64,000 nucleotides of DNA from Amoebophrya sp. A120 (taxonomy: Eukaryota; Protista; Dinoflagellata), in the NCBI GenBank assembly GCA_905178155.1, contig CAJINV010000005.1, positions 1,514,438 through 1,578,437 on the forward strand, read 5' to 3'. Below the pieces are notes generated by a model. The model ran no database searches, was not told where the DNA came from, and was given only the letters and a program-made list of their open reading frames with translations. Both the position numbers and the translations under genes were made by a program. Positions 12,807-24,800 of this stretch are shown here, one piece after another (the stretch's first letter is position 1; each line of letters opens with the position of its first letter).

Positions 12807-15800
12807 TCATGTTCCTTTCCCTCCTTGCTTTCCGCTCCAGCCAGTGGTCTGGTCGAAAAGACCCCAGGAGCTATCTCCTCCTTTAGGTGGGCCTTTCCCC
12901 TTACCTCCAGTGAGTCCTGCTCCCAAGCCGGTCTGGTTGTCGAAGAGACTCCACGATACCTGATTCGGGTCAAACAAACTCGTTGACGTGACGTCTGCAC
13001 CATCCCAGGAACTCTGATCTTTGCCACCCGTGGGGCTCTGGTATCGGGGTGCCGAGGCTACTTGCCGCGGATCGTACTGCGGCGCGGCTACTTGTTGACT
13101 CTTTCCACCTGCTCCGGGAGCTGGACTTTGGAGGCGATTCTGGCCTTTGTTGAGACCACCACCAGCATCAACGGGACTGTTGTAGCGAAGCATCCAGGAA
13201 CTATCGGCTCCCGGAGCGGCGCCGCCACCGTCTTTCACGTATCACGCGGAAACTTTCTGCCACCATCAGGACCAAGTTTCGACATCAGTTCTTCAGATGA
13301 GAGGAGTAATCAATGCGGTTGGGGTTGCCTCATGACAATTCAGTTTCATCAGCCGCTCGTTGTCTCCTTCTGCACTCAAGAGCGGCCGGACTCGTAGTTG
13401 CTTCATGCAAGACAAAAGGCGACGTGTAAGATATCTTCATCTACTTATTTGTAGAGAATGCAAATTTATTCATTTTTACCGACAGGTAGGTGAAGGGCAA
13501 AAGTTTTCTCACATGGGATAAAAATGGGTTCAGGCTCCCCTTATTTCCGAATGGATTCAGGCCGCCCCACCCCTTATCAAAGGGTTTTTTCGTATCCACG
13601 CCCCCTCCAGGCATCGCAGGTTTCAAGGAGCCCATAGTAGCTGGTTTCCCACCCATTGCTGGCGGCTTCCCACCACCCACCGCGACTGGGGTCACGGGTG
13701 CAATGTCTGGCTTGCCGATCGGCGCAAACTCAGGCTTCCCCATCTGACCGAAGGCCGGTTTGAACGATCCCGGCATGGCCGGCTTCAGCGAGCCGGGCTT
13801 TCCTGCGCTGCTACTTGTTCCCCCAGCGATATTCTCCACGGCCCCGCCGCCAAGGAGCCAGCCGTCTTCCAACCCGGTGTCGGTCCAGCTCCAGTCGTGT
13901 TCCGGTGCGGGGGGCTGCTCGGGTAGTTGTTGAGCGGGGGGGAGTTGATGCTTCATCGGCTTGTTGGGGTCCCGTTCCGCGCGTTTTGTTTTTACCACGA
14001 CCTCGTGTTCCGGGGGCTTTTCCTCCTCCTGGTGTTCTTCTTCGGCGGGCCACGGTTCCTCTTCCTCGGGCCACGGCTCCTCTGTCTCGGGCCACTGCTC
14101 TTCTTCCTTGGGCCCCGGCTTCTCTGTCTCGGGCCACGGCTCTTCTTCCTCGGGCCACGGCTCCTCTTCCTCGGGCCAATCTTCATCTTCCTCCTCTGGA
14201 ATCTCCTCGATGTAGTCATCTTCTTGGCTATGCACTACAAATTTACTGGCGCCACTGTAGCTGTACGCAAGTACTTACTACAGGCACTGGCACACGTAAG
14301 TATTAAGCTAGCACACCGAAATAAGCATAAATGTAAATCTACAATGAACATTTTGGTACCGGCAGCTGCCTAAAGCGGCCGAGCAAGCGACGCAGATGCT
14401 TGTCACTGGTAAGGCAGCTCCTGATTGAGCAACGTTAACATGCATTTTTTCCACTTTTTTTGTATGTGCAGGCACTGGCACACACAGTGGCGCTGGCAAA
14501 TTTTCATCTTTGGATAAGGATAGTCCTCCTCTTCGGGATATGAAATGCAACAGCATCGTACTAGTATAAATCGCATGACAAATTCCCTCAGCATGAAAAA
14601 TGGAATTTGTAATGCGGATTTAGGTTAAGGTGGAGATTTGTAATGCATGATTGCGATTACTACGAGCACGATACTTTTGCACAGGATACGGGAATCTCTT
14701 CGATCCAGTCGTCCCACTCCTGTTGCTATCAAATGTAAAAATGTCTGGGTCTGGAAGAATACAACTTGTGATGCTGCATTTGGGTTCCAAAAAAATCTGT
14801 ATTGCATGAGTACCAAAGGGAATGCAATTTTTGCTACGCGGAGAGGGCGTTTGTCATGCGGAATAGGCATCAAGAAGCTCTCAAAAAATCTGTGATGCCA
14901 GGGCATGCATCACAGACACCAGGGCTCATGCAAAACGTGCATGACAAGTGTCAGAATCTTCCAGCCCAGACATTTTTACATTTGATAGTTGCCGCCGCCT
15001 TTTCTCGGCCTCTTCTGCCTCCCGCTTCTTTCGGTCGATTTCTTCCTGCAGTTTTCGCTGCCGCTCCTGCTCGTCGAGCTCTTCCGCCTCGCGCCGCAGC
15101 CGCATCTCCTCCTCCCACGCAAGGCGCTGCGCCTCCTTCTGCCGCTCGAATTCCGCCGCCTCCCGGTCCCGCGCCTTTTGCGCAAGCTCGTGCTGCCGCC
15201 GGAGTCTTTGCTCCTGCTTCATGGCACGCCGCTGGGCGAGGGTTTCCCGGAGCCGCTGCTCCCGCAGCCAGCGCTCTTGCTCGGCCTCCTGCTTTTTTCG
15301 CCATTCCTCGGTTTCCTCCTCCCGAGACCGGGTCACAATCAGCTCCAGTCGCTTCCGTTTCCGGTCTTCTTTCCGCCACTTGCGCTCCTGCTCGGCCAGC
15401 GCGCGGCGGCGCTCAAATTCCAACCTCCGCTTTTCTTCCTCCATCAGCAGCCGGTACTGCTCGCGTTCGTCCTCCCGGGCCTTGTCACTAAGCTCCAGTT
15501 GCCGTTTGCGCAACACCTCCTCCTTCCTTCTTTTCCGCTCCTCCGCGGCCTTCTGCCGCCGTTCCTCGGTTTCTAGCTGCAGTCTCTCCTGTATCCACAG
15601 TAAATTTCCCGTACACGACGTACAAATGCAGAAGTCTCTGCATGACAAAATTGGGCCTCGATCCTAGTTTAGCATGATAAGTGTTCTTACACTCCAAATT
15701 GAAGAAATTTGTGATGCATCTTGTACATGTACGGAAAATTCGTATTGCATATCCTGTTCCATGTGCAACCGCCAGTTTTCCTGCTCTTTCCGTCTTGCCT

Positions 15801-18800
15801 CGTCGGAAAGTTCCTGCTGCCGCTTCAACCGGAGACTCTCTTTCCTTTCCTTCCTGTCGGCTTCCGCCTTTTTCTGCCGTTCCTCCCGCTCAAGCGCTGC
15901 TTCCTCCTGTTGCATTTGCAGTTTCCAGATCTCCCGTTCCCGTTCCCGGGATTCCGCGGCGATCTTCGCGATTTTTTCCTCGCGCTTCAGCTTCAAACGC
16001 TCTTTGCGTTCGAGCTTCTGAATCTCGAGCTGCTTCAGCCGCTCTTCCGACTTCTGTTTGCGGAGTTCCATGGCCTCGTACTGCAGTCTTTCCTTCTCCT
16101 CCCTTTCCCGGGCCTCCTTCGCGAGCAGCTCTTGGCGCTTCCGCCTCTCCTCCTCCTTTTTCGCTTTCCGGTCCAGTTCCATACGATGCAAATGCTCCTC
16201 AGTGGTAGTTTGCCGGAGCTGCCTATCGGCTTCCGCCTGCCGTTCGAGCTCTTCCCGTGCACGCGCGTTGTCGGCGATTTCGGCCTGGCGCTTCAGCCTC
16301 ATCTCTTCTTTCCGCCGTTTGGCCTCTAGCGTGATGAAGGTCAGCCGCTCCTCGTATTCGCGCTTTCGCACCTCCTGCTCCATTCTCATTTTTTCCTCGT
16401 GGTCCCACCTCTCCTCCTCCCGCGTGCGATGCTTGTCCGCGACCTCCGCCTGTCTGCGCAGCTTCATTTCCTCCTTCCGCCGCTTCGCCTCGAGTGTGAG
16501 GAAGCTCAGCCGCTCTTCGTACTCCTGTTTCCGAAGTTCCTGTTGCATCTTCGCTTGCTGCTCTAACTGCTCCGCGGCGCGCCGCTTCTCCTCTGCCTCG
16601 TGAATCAGCTTCATCCTTTCGATTTCACGCCTCTCCTTTTGCCGCATTTCCAGGAGCTTGACCTGCTTCTTGTTCTCCTCAACTTTTTGCTCACGCTGGA
16701 TTCTTCTCTCCTCCTCGAGGTTCAACTCGCGCTGCATCTCGATCTCCTTTTGCCGTATGCAACACAAATGACCTAGTACCATGCGCGGAGGCGGACAGGG
16801 ACAGCATCACGCACAAGAGAATTATGCATCATATCACACACGACATGGACATGCTTAATTTCTCTCTTTTATTTCGCTTACTTTGCGAAGTAGAACCTAT
16901 ACACAGGTGGATGAACTACCGCGGACCCTACGAGTGTCTGCAGAAGAGTAAAATTATGTGTGATGTTGAAAAAGAGCAGCCTCATCTTCGTCATATTCAA
17001 GCAATTATGCAATGTGCAGTACATTGGCGACGGTACTACTAGTGAATGCATCACTGGGCATATCTCGGGCGAGTTTCGCGCGCTCGAACTGGCGTTTCTC
17101 CTTGTCTTCCTTGGATTTCTGTTTCATCATCAGCATTCGCTCCTCGTGGAAGATCTCCCTAGTTCTCTGCCGGGATTCCTCGTCTTCTTGTTGTAGCCAC
17201 TGCCGCTCCTCTTCTCTTCTGGCCTTGTCTGCAAGCTCTTGTTTTCTTGCGGACTTGGACCGGTGCCTCTGGAGTTGTTTCGCCGCGTTGATTTCCGCCA
17301 TGCGTTCTTCGTGCGCGAGTTCTCGCTCTTTCTGTTTTTGCTCGAGCAAGAGCTGTTGCTGCCTTTCCAAGTTTTCCCTTTTCCGGGCTTCTTCCGCGAG
17401 CTGATGTTGGTGCTGCTGCTTTTCCGATTTAGACCGCAGCTTTGCCGCGTGGATTTCCGCCATGCGCTCTTCGTGAGCGAGTTCTCGTTCTTTCTGTTTT
17501 TGCTCAAGCAAGAGCTGTTGCTGCCGTTCCAGGTCCTCCCTCTTCCGCGCCTCCTCGGCCAATTGGTGCTGCTTTTCGGATTTGGAGCGCTGCTTTGCCA
17601 CGTCGAGTTCCGCCATGCGCTCTTCATGAGCGAGTTCTCGATCTTTCTGCTTCTGTTCGAGCAGGAGCTGTTGATGTCTTTCCAAGTCCTCCCTCTTCCG
17701 CGCTTCCTCGGCCAATTGGTGCTGCTTTTCGGATTTGAGCCGCTGCTTTGCCACGTGGACTTCCGCCATGCGCTCTTCATGAGCGAGTTCTCGCTCTTTC
17801 TGCTTCTGTTCGAGCAAGACCTGTTGCTGTCTTTTCAAGTCCTCCCTTTTCCTTGCCTCCGACGCGAGCTCGCGCTGCTTTTCGGACTTGGAGCGCTGCC
17901 TTTGCAGCTGCTTTGCCGCAGCAATCTCGGCCAACCGTTCCTCGTGCGCGAGTTCCCGTTCCCGGGCGCGGGCGTCGACGAGGATTTTCTGCTGCTGCAA
18001 CTCCTCCTCGCGACTCCGTGCCCTGTCGGCGAGCTCGTCCTGGTGCCTCGTTTTCTGCAGTTTTTTGCTCATCTGTCGTGCGTTGTCCAGCGCCTTCATC
18101 CTCTCCGCGTGCTCCAGCGCCCTCTGCGCCATCACTGCCAGGGTCACCTTCTGTCGGGATTCTTCTTCGATTTTCTTCTGGTGTTCCTCGCTCGCGAGCC
18201 GCTCTTTTTTCAAATTGTGCTCCGCTTTCGTTGCTTTCAGCTCTGCCATGTGTTCTAAATGCCTTAAACGCTGCTCCTCTCGCTGCTCTTCTGCAGCATG
18301 TTTTTGCAATTCCAAATCGTGAGTCTCTTTGGACCGGCGTTGGATGAGCTCCAACTTTTTCAGGCTGTTCTTCTCCTGCCTCCGTTCCTTAATCACAGCC
18401 ATGCGCTCTTCGTGTTTCATTTCCCGCTCCCGCCTTCGCGCCTCAGCCTCTTCTTTTTCGATTCTTTCTTTCTCCGCCTGTTGGGCTTCCGCTTGGCGCA
18501 GCTCTTCGCGTTTCTTGGCTATAATTTCCTCTTTGCGCAGCTTGTGGTCGGACTGAATCTTCGCCATGCGCTCGGCGTGCTGGAACTCGCGCTCCTTCTT
18601 TAAGTTTTCCTGCTCCTCCTTCTCTTTTTTTTCCTCGATTTCCCGCTGGCGAGCCGCTTCGGCGGATTCGTGTTTTTGCTTTGCTTTTTTCGTTTGCCGT
18701 TGCAATTCCAGAGCCGCTTTCCGCTCCTCATGGCGAATCTCTTCCTGCCGCTTCTTGTCCTCCGCGTCTTTGATAAGTCTTTCCCGCTCCAGACTGGCCG

Positions 18801-21800
18801 CACGCAGGTGATCCCGCTCTTCCGCAGCAAGCTTGTCTTTGTGGAGGCGGAACTGCTCTTTCGCTTCCTTGCGGTTTATGCAACACAAATCGACCGGACA
18901 ACGACACACAGGACAAGCACGTCGACGCACAATGTGAATGTGCATGACAAGCTGGTGATGATAATTATCGTCATCTACATCTTCTTCTTCAATACGACCT
19001 CATACATGACGCAAGCAAAACAAGCAGGACGTTTCTATTGATGCTAAATAAGACAGGCAAGGCAAAGGAGCAGATTTGTCATGGAACAAGTTGCTTGTCA
19101 TCATGTATCTGATCCGGTAGATTCTCTGCCGACGATACGTTTTTCCAGGCGGTCCTTTTCTCTTTCGACGAGTTCCAACTCCATTTTTTTCCTCGCCGCC
19201 TCCCTCGATGCCTCGTCGTCTTTCGCATCTCGCAATCGTTGCTTCTCCAACAACAAATGCTCTGCTTTCTCGTGTTCTTTCTGGAATCGGCGGGCGCGAA
19301 TGTCGGCGATTCGCTTCTTTTCCTTCAGCTCCTGCATGGCGTTTTCGTGTTCGAGCAGATGTTGCTTCTCCACGCGGGCTGCCTCCTCGTGTTGCGCTTG
19401 CTCTTTCAGTTTTTGGATCCGCAGCTCCTGTTGCTGTTTCCTATTCAGCATCTTTTGCTCGTGCTGTTCGTGTGCCTTCCTAGCTTGTTCCGCTTCTTCA
19501 AAAGCTCGATGCCGCTCCAGGATCTGTTTTTTGTGCGCGGCGTCCGCCTCGCGTTTCCGGGCCAAATTCGACATCGTTTCGAGATGTTTTCGCTTTTCGA
19601 GCGCGTGCTGTTCTTTTTCGGTAATCTGCCGCTTTTCATCCGCAAGCTTGTCTTCCTGCTGTTTCTTTTCTCTCAGCCATTTCTGTTTTTCTATTTCCGC
19701 CTGCTTGTGCTTTTTTGCCTCGGCCAGCCTCTCGAATTCTTGGAGGCGCTTTTGGTGCTCGCGGGAAAGTTTGCGCTGCTTCTCCAAGTGCTTTTCGTGC
19801 TCATGCTTCGCTTCCCGGGCCAGTCGCTGCTGCTCCGCGAGCGCGGCCTGCCGGTTCGACTCCTCCTCCTGGGCCTTTCTCGCCAGGAGCGTTTGCTGTC
19901 GCAGGTCTTGCTCCCGCTTTCTCTTCTCCGCCGACCGCCGTCGGGCTTTTTCTTCCAGCACTTTTTGCGTCATTTTCTCCAGCGCTTGCTTCTCCTGCTT
20001 GGATCCCTCGGACCGCGCCTGGCTGACGGCTCGCTTCCGCGCCTCGTCGCGCGCTTTCGAAGCTTTCATAAACTCTCGCTGCGCCTTCTTCCGCTCTTTC
20101 TCCGCGGCCTCCTTTTCCTCTTTTTGCTTCAACTTCGCGGCCTCGAGCTTCTCCTCGGCCTCCTTCAGCTTCCGAGCCTCGCCGGCCTTGGCAAGCTCCG
20201 TCACGTCGCGCATGCGCTTCTGCATCTGCCGCTTGTGCTGCTCTTCCTGCTTCTTGCGGAGGTCCTGCGGGGAGAGAAAATGTTGTGAGGATCAAAGCAG
20301 GACACAATCAATGATAAAGATGAAGTAGAAGATGGCTCAAAAGAAGAAAGTTTCTCCCGCCCCGTCTGCGAGAATCAACTGCGAAAGTGAGTAGCACGTT
20401 ATGATGAACAGCAACAGTGTCTGAATTCTTGACTCACATAATTCTAGCAAAACCACGGAAGCAGGCGAAGGGGAAGCGTGTATTAAATTCAACCCATCAA
20501 CAAGATCAAACAGTAAGTACCTCCTGCCGTTTTAGCTCAGCCTCGTAGGCTTTTTTGTGTTCCTCGAATTCCTTTTCGTGTTTTTTCAATTTCTCCTCCG
20601 CCGCCCGTTTTTCTTTCTCCTTCGCAATTCGCAAGGCCTCTTTCTCTTTTACGGCAGCAGCGAGTTTTTCCTGTTTTTCCCGTTCCGCCTGCAACAGTTT
20701 TTGCGCCATGTCGTCCTTCAATTTCTTTTCAATCTTCGCTTTTTCCTCGGCATACGCTATCCCGAGTAAAAACGTACCCACGCCAGAGTTGTAATGCAGA
20801 TTTGCGAAGACAGGAAGGCTTGTAATGCGCATCCCCATGAGAGCCATTTCCAATCGTGTTTTGGAATTTGTGATGCTGTGAACAGGATGAGCAGATGAAT
20901 CTGTGACGCGGCTGCACTTGCTAACCTGCACTACACTGCAGAGTGCAACTTGTCATGCGTGACTCACAAAACTCCTAGGTTTCTGTTGCAAAATCCCCAT
21001 CCTGACTCTGGTGTGGGTATGTTTTTACTCAGGATATTCGCCCGCTCCTGGTCCCGTTGCTTCCGCTCCGCGAGTATCAAATGCAAAAGTGTCTGGGTCT
21101 GGAACATGGCAACTTGTCATGCTCAATCTGAATCATGCAAAAATCTGTGTTGCATGATTACCAAAAGTCGTCCACTTTTGACCAAGTCGAGAGGGAGTTT
21201 CTCATGCAGGATAGGCACGATAGAGATCTCGCGGAGTTTGTCATGCTAGGTCCCGCATTCCAGACCTTCTGGGTCATGGAAAACCTGCATGACAAGACTT
21301 GCAATTTTCCAGACCCAGACATTTTTGCATTTGATAGCGAGCCTTGCCTTCGCCTCCGCAGCTTGTTTCGCCTCCTTTTCCTTTTCCGCTTGGAGTTTTC
21401 TCTCCTCCGCCATCTTGTCTTCGTATTGCTTCTTTAGTTTCTCTAGTTGCTCCGCGGCGCGTTTTTCCTGTTCTTTAGCTTTTTTCTGCGCTTCCCGGTC
21501 CTTCGCGGCGTTGGCGAGCTGCTGCTGCTTTTCCTTTTCGGCTTGCAACTTTTTCTCCTCCGCGAGGTGATCTTCAAATTCCTTTTTCAGGCGCTCGACC
21601 TCAGCCTTCTCGGCTTTGCCTTGACCTTTACTTGTTTTTCCACCTTTCGGACTAGAGCCCCGAGATGAATCGTCGCTCGCCGAGCGCTTTTTGCCTTTTC
21701 CCTTTTTCGCGGTGTGCTGTTGCACCTTTGCAGCCTCGACGTAGCGCTGTCTCATTTCCTCTTCGAGGTTCGCTACTCTCTCCTGCTCCAGCCTCTCCTG

Positions 21801-24800
21801 CTCGGCGGCTTTCTCGGCGGCGATTCTTTTTCTGTTCTCCTCCTCTGCAGCCGCGATGGCGGCAGCTGCGGCGGAATTACTATCTTCCACATTTTCCTCC
21901 ACCTCGTTATCCTCCTCCTCTAGTGCCTCCTCTGGAGGCTCGTCCTGATCCTCCTCGTCACTAGAAGACTTTGGCGCGGCGAGGGAAACTTTGTCCTCCT
22001 CATCTGCAGACTCTTGTTCCTCCAATGGGCTGAGCTGCAGCTCATCCACGTGGCCAGCGTCTGTGGCGGGTTCAGGTTCTTGGTCTTCAAACAAACGAGT
22101 TTGTCGGTGGGAAGAGCCGCGGATTTCGGGTCGGGATCGATGAGAAGAGGCTGTCGCAGACGGATCGGACGACTCCAAAATGTTTCTGCGACTCGAGTCA
22201 TCGGGAAAAGCATCTTCAGAAGATTGTTGTTCATCGGCTTCTGGTGCTTCAGCCTGTTGTTCTTCTTCAGCATCTTCATCCAACACGATCGGCGGTATGG
22301 TCCCCAGGAGCGTCGGCTCCGACGCGGCTTCGGCTTGCTCATCTTCAACAGCGGCAGCAGCAGCTTCAGGCTGGTCATCTTCGGCCTGATGTTCCTCCTC
22401 GTCTTGGTCTTCCTCCTCCTCCTCGTCCTCCGCATCGTCCGGACCTGCAACGACGCCTTTTTTGTAGTATTTCCTGGCGCCATCGGCGGCTTGCACGGCG
22501 GCGGAAGATTCTTGTTCCTCTTCGTCATACTCTTCGTATGATCCACCCGTAGCGGAACTGCGGAACACCTCCTCGGTTACGCTAGCATTCTCAGCTCCAA
22601 AAGCAGCGTTGAGATCCTCGGTGGAAGGGGGTTGGGGTTCTTGTTGATCTTCCGTTGAAGCCGGTACTATCTCAGCCTGTTCCTCTTCTTCCTCCTCCTC
22701 CTCAACAGCAGCCTCCTCTACAACTTCCTGCGCATCGGGAGCAGTGACTTCTAAAGCAGCGTTTCTGTAGTAATCTCGTGTGTTATCCTGCAGTCTCTTT
22801 TGCCGCTTCCATTCTTGCTCTTTCTTTTTCGCGGCTGCTACAGCGTCTTTGCGGCGCTTTTCCTCCTCTTCGGCCTGTACTTGCCGCGCGCGCTCCTCCT
22901 CCTCTTCGGCCGCTTTGCGAGCGCGTAGTTCCTCTCTCTCTCTCGCTTTCGCTGCAGCGCCGTCGTCGAAGTCCAGATTGCCATCGTCGTCATCAGATGA
23001 GGATTCCTCTTCGCTGCTTTCCTCGTCTGCTTGCGGAGCAGAAGGTCCTGCAGCTGCACCATCGTCCTGATCATCATCACCTCCATCCCCATCGTCAACC
23101 CCTCCTGGACCACGAGGCTCCTTTTCATCTTCCGTTGCGGACGGGAACTGCTGGGTCTTATCCAGCTTGTCTTCATCTTCTGCGGCCGAGGGAAACTGCT
23201 GCTCCTCGTCCTGCGTCTGTTCTAATCTTGCACGAAGCGCATCCAATTCCGCCCGCAGTTTCTCGTTTTCTTGTTCCAGTTCCCGCGTCGAAATATCTTC
23301 CATCTGCTCGCTGCTCGTTCTAGTCGTATCAAATGCAAATATGTCTGGGTCTGAAAACTTGCGATGCATGTCAGTGAATAGAGAACGCATTGCATGGCAC
23401 ATGCGCCGCCAAGCATGACAGGTTTTTCCGTATTTTTGTGTTGCGTATTCCGCGACGTGTGAAACAGCGTTTCTGCATGAGCATGATAGAGAAGACGGGC
23501 TCTACTTGCTGGCCACGCAATACAAAGCTCAGCTTCATGCCAGAATAGCATGACAAGTCTCGCATTCTTCCAGAGGACCCAGACATATTTGCATTCGATA
23601 ACTCGGGATTCTTTGCAATGCCGCGAGCCTGTCCGCCTCCTCCTGCTCCTTTTTCCGTTGTAGCTGCTGTTCTTCTCGTTTTTCCTTCTCCAATTGCTTC
23701 CGCTTTTTCTCCTCTTCCACCAGCTGCTTATGCTTCGCTTTCACCTTCTTTTCGATCTGCTTCTGTACTTCCTGTTTCACTTTTTCCCGGTAATTGGCCA
23801 CGTAATACTCGTGGACTTTCGCATCGTCAAACGCCCTCGGCTTCGGCAGCTCTTCCTCCTCCTCTTCCCCTAAATGGTCTTCTGCGAAGTGGTCGGCAAG
23901 CGACGAGCGCATCTCCAGTGTGGACCTCGTTTCCTCGAAACTGCCCGCGTGGTCTTCCAATTCTTGACTAACGTGTTCACCGTAGTTCTCATCTGCCACG
24001 TGGTCTAGGTAAGAAGACACCAAATCGTTCTCCGCATCGGAATCCGCGACAACCGTGTCGTGGTACTCTTCAATCAGTGTGGACAAACGTTTTCTTGATC
24101 CTTCCACGATCACGTCCCTGTAGCGAAACTGATCCAGCACGCCTTGCACGGCCTTCTTTTGCCGCTCCGCGACGTGCTCTTCCATCTCGAGAGCAAGTTC
24201 GTGTTGGTCCGCGATCGCCCGAGTTTGCCGCATCGCTTCTGCCTCTTCCGCAGAAGAGGAGCTGGATTCGTCCACCGGGGGAGGGAATTGGACCCCGAAA
24301 TCCTTCGTTTTTGGTTCCTGCGCGACTTCCAGCTCGTGACTGGTGCGGATCACTTCCGAAATCATGGATTCCGCTCTGGACCCGATGCTTTCTGTAGAAG
24401 TACTGTTCCTGCCCGGATAAAGGTCCTTTTTGTCGGAGATGCGGAGCGAATTGTGGAATTTCTTCACGAGCTTGTGGACCTTCAGCTTCAGTTTCGCAAA
24501 CTTGCTGATTTTACTGTCTACATCTTGGCTGGCTTGCTTTTCAACAAGCGGAACAGCAACAGCATCTTTCGCTTTCTGCCTGTAGTATTTTTTCAACACG
24601 GGCTGGACCATGTCCCTGAATCCCTGTGTCTTCTCGTCGACCTCATTCGCGGTGGCTTCCCACTTCTGCATCGCGCGCTTCGCCTCCGCGTCCCGGGACG
24701 CCTTCACGCGGTTAGCGGCGGCTCGCACCAGCTTGCTGGATGAGGACTCTTTGTTCGAGGCCTTCGGCTTGGACGTTTGCTGTTTGTGAAACTGCTCGAC

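Noticed and set aside
14043-17990. Regular repeats as a possible CRISPR array
   Set aside because: In-frame coding tandem repeats with no unique spacers, in a eukaryotic context with no cas genes.
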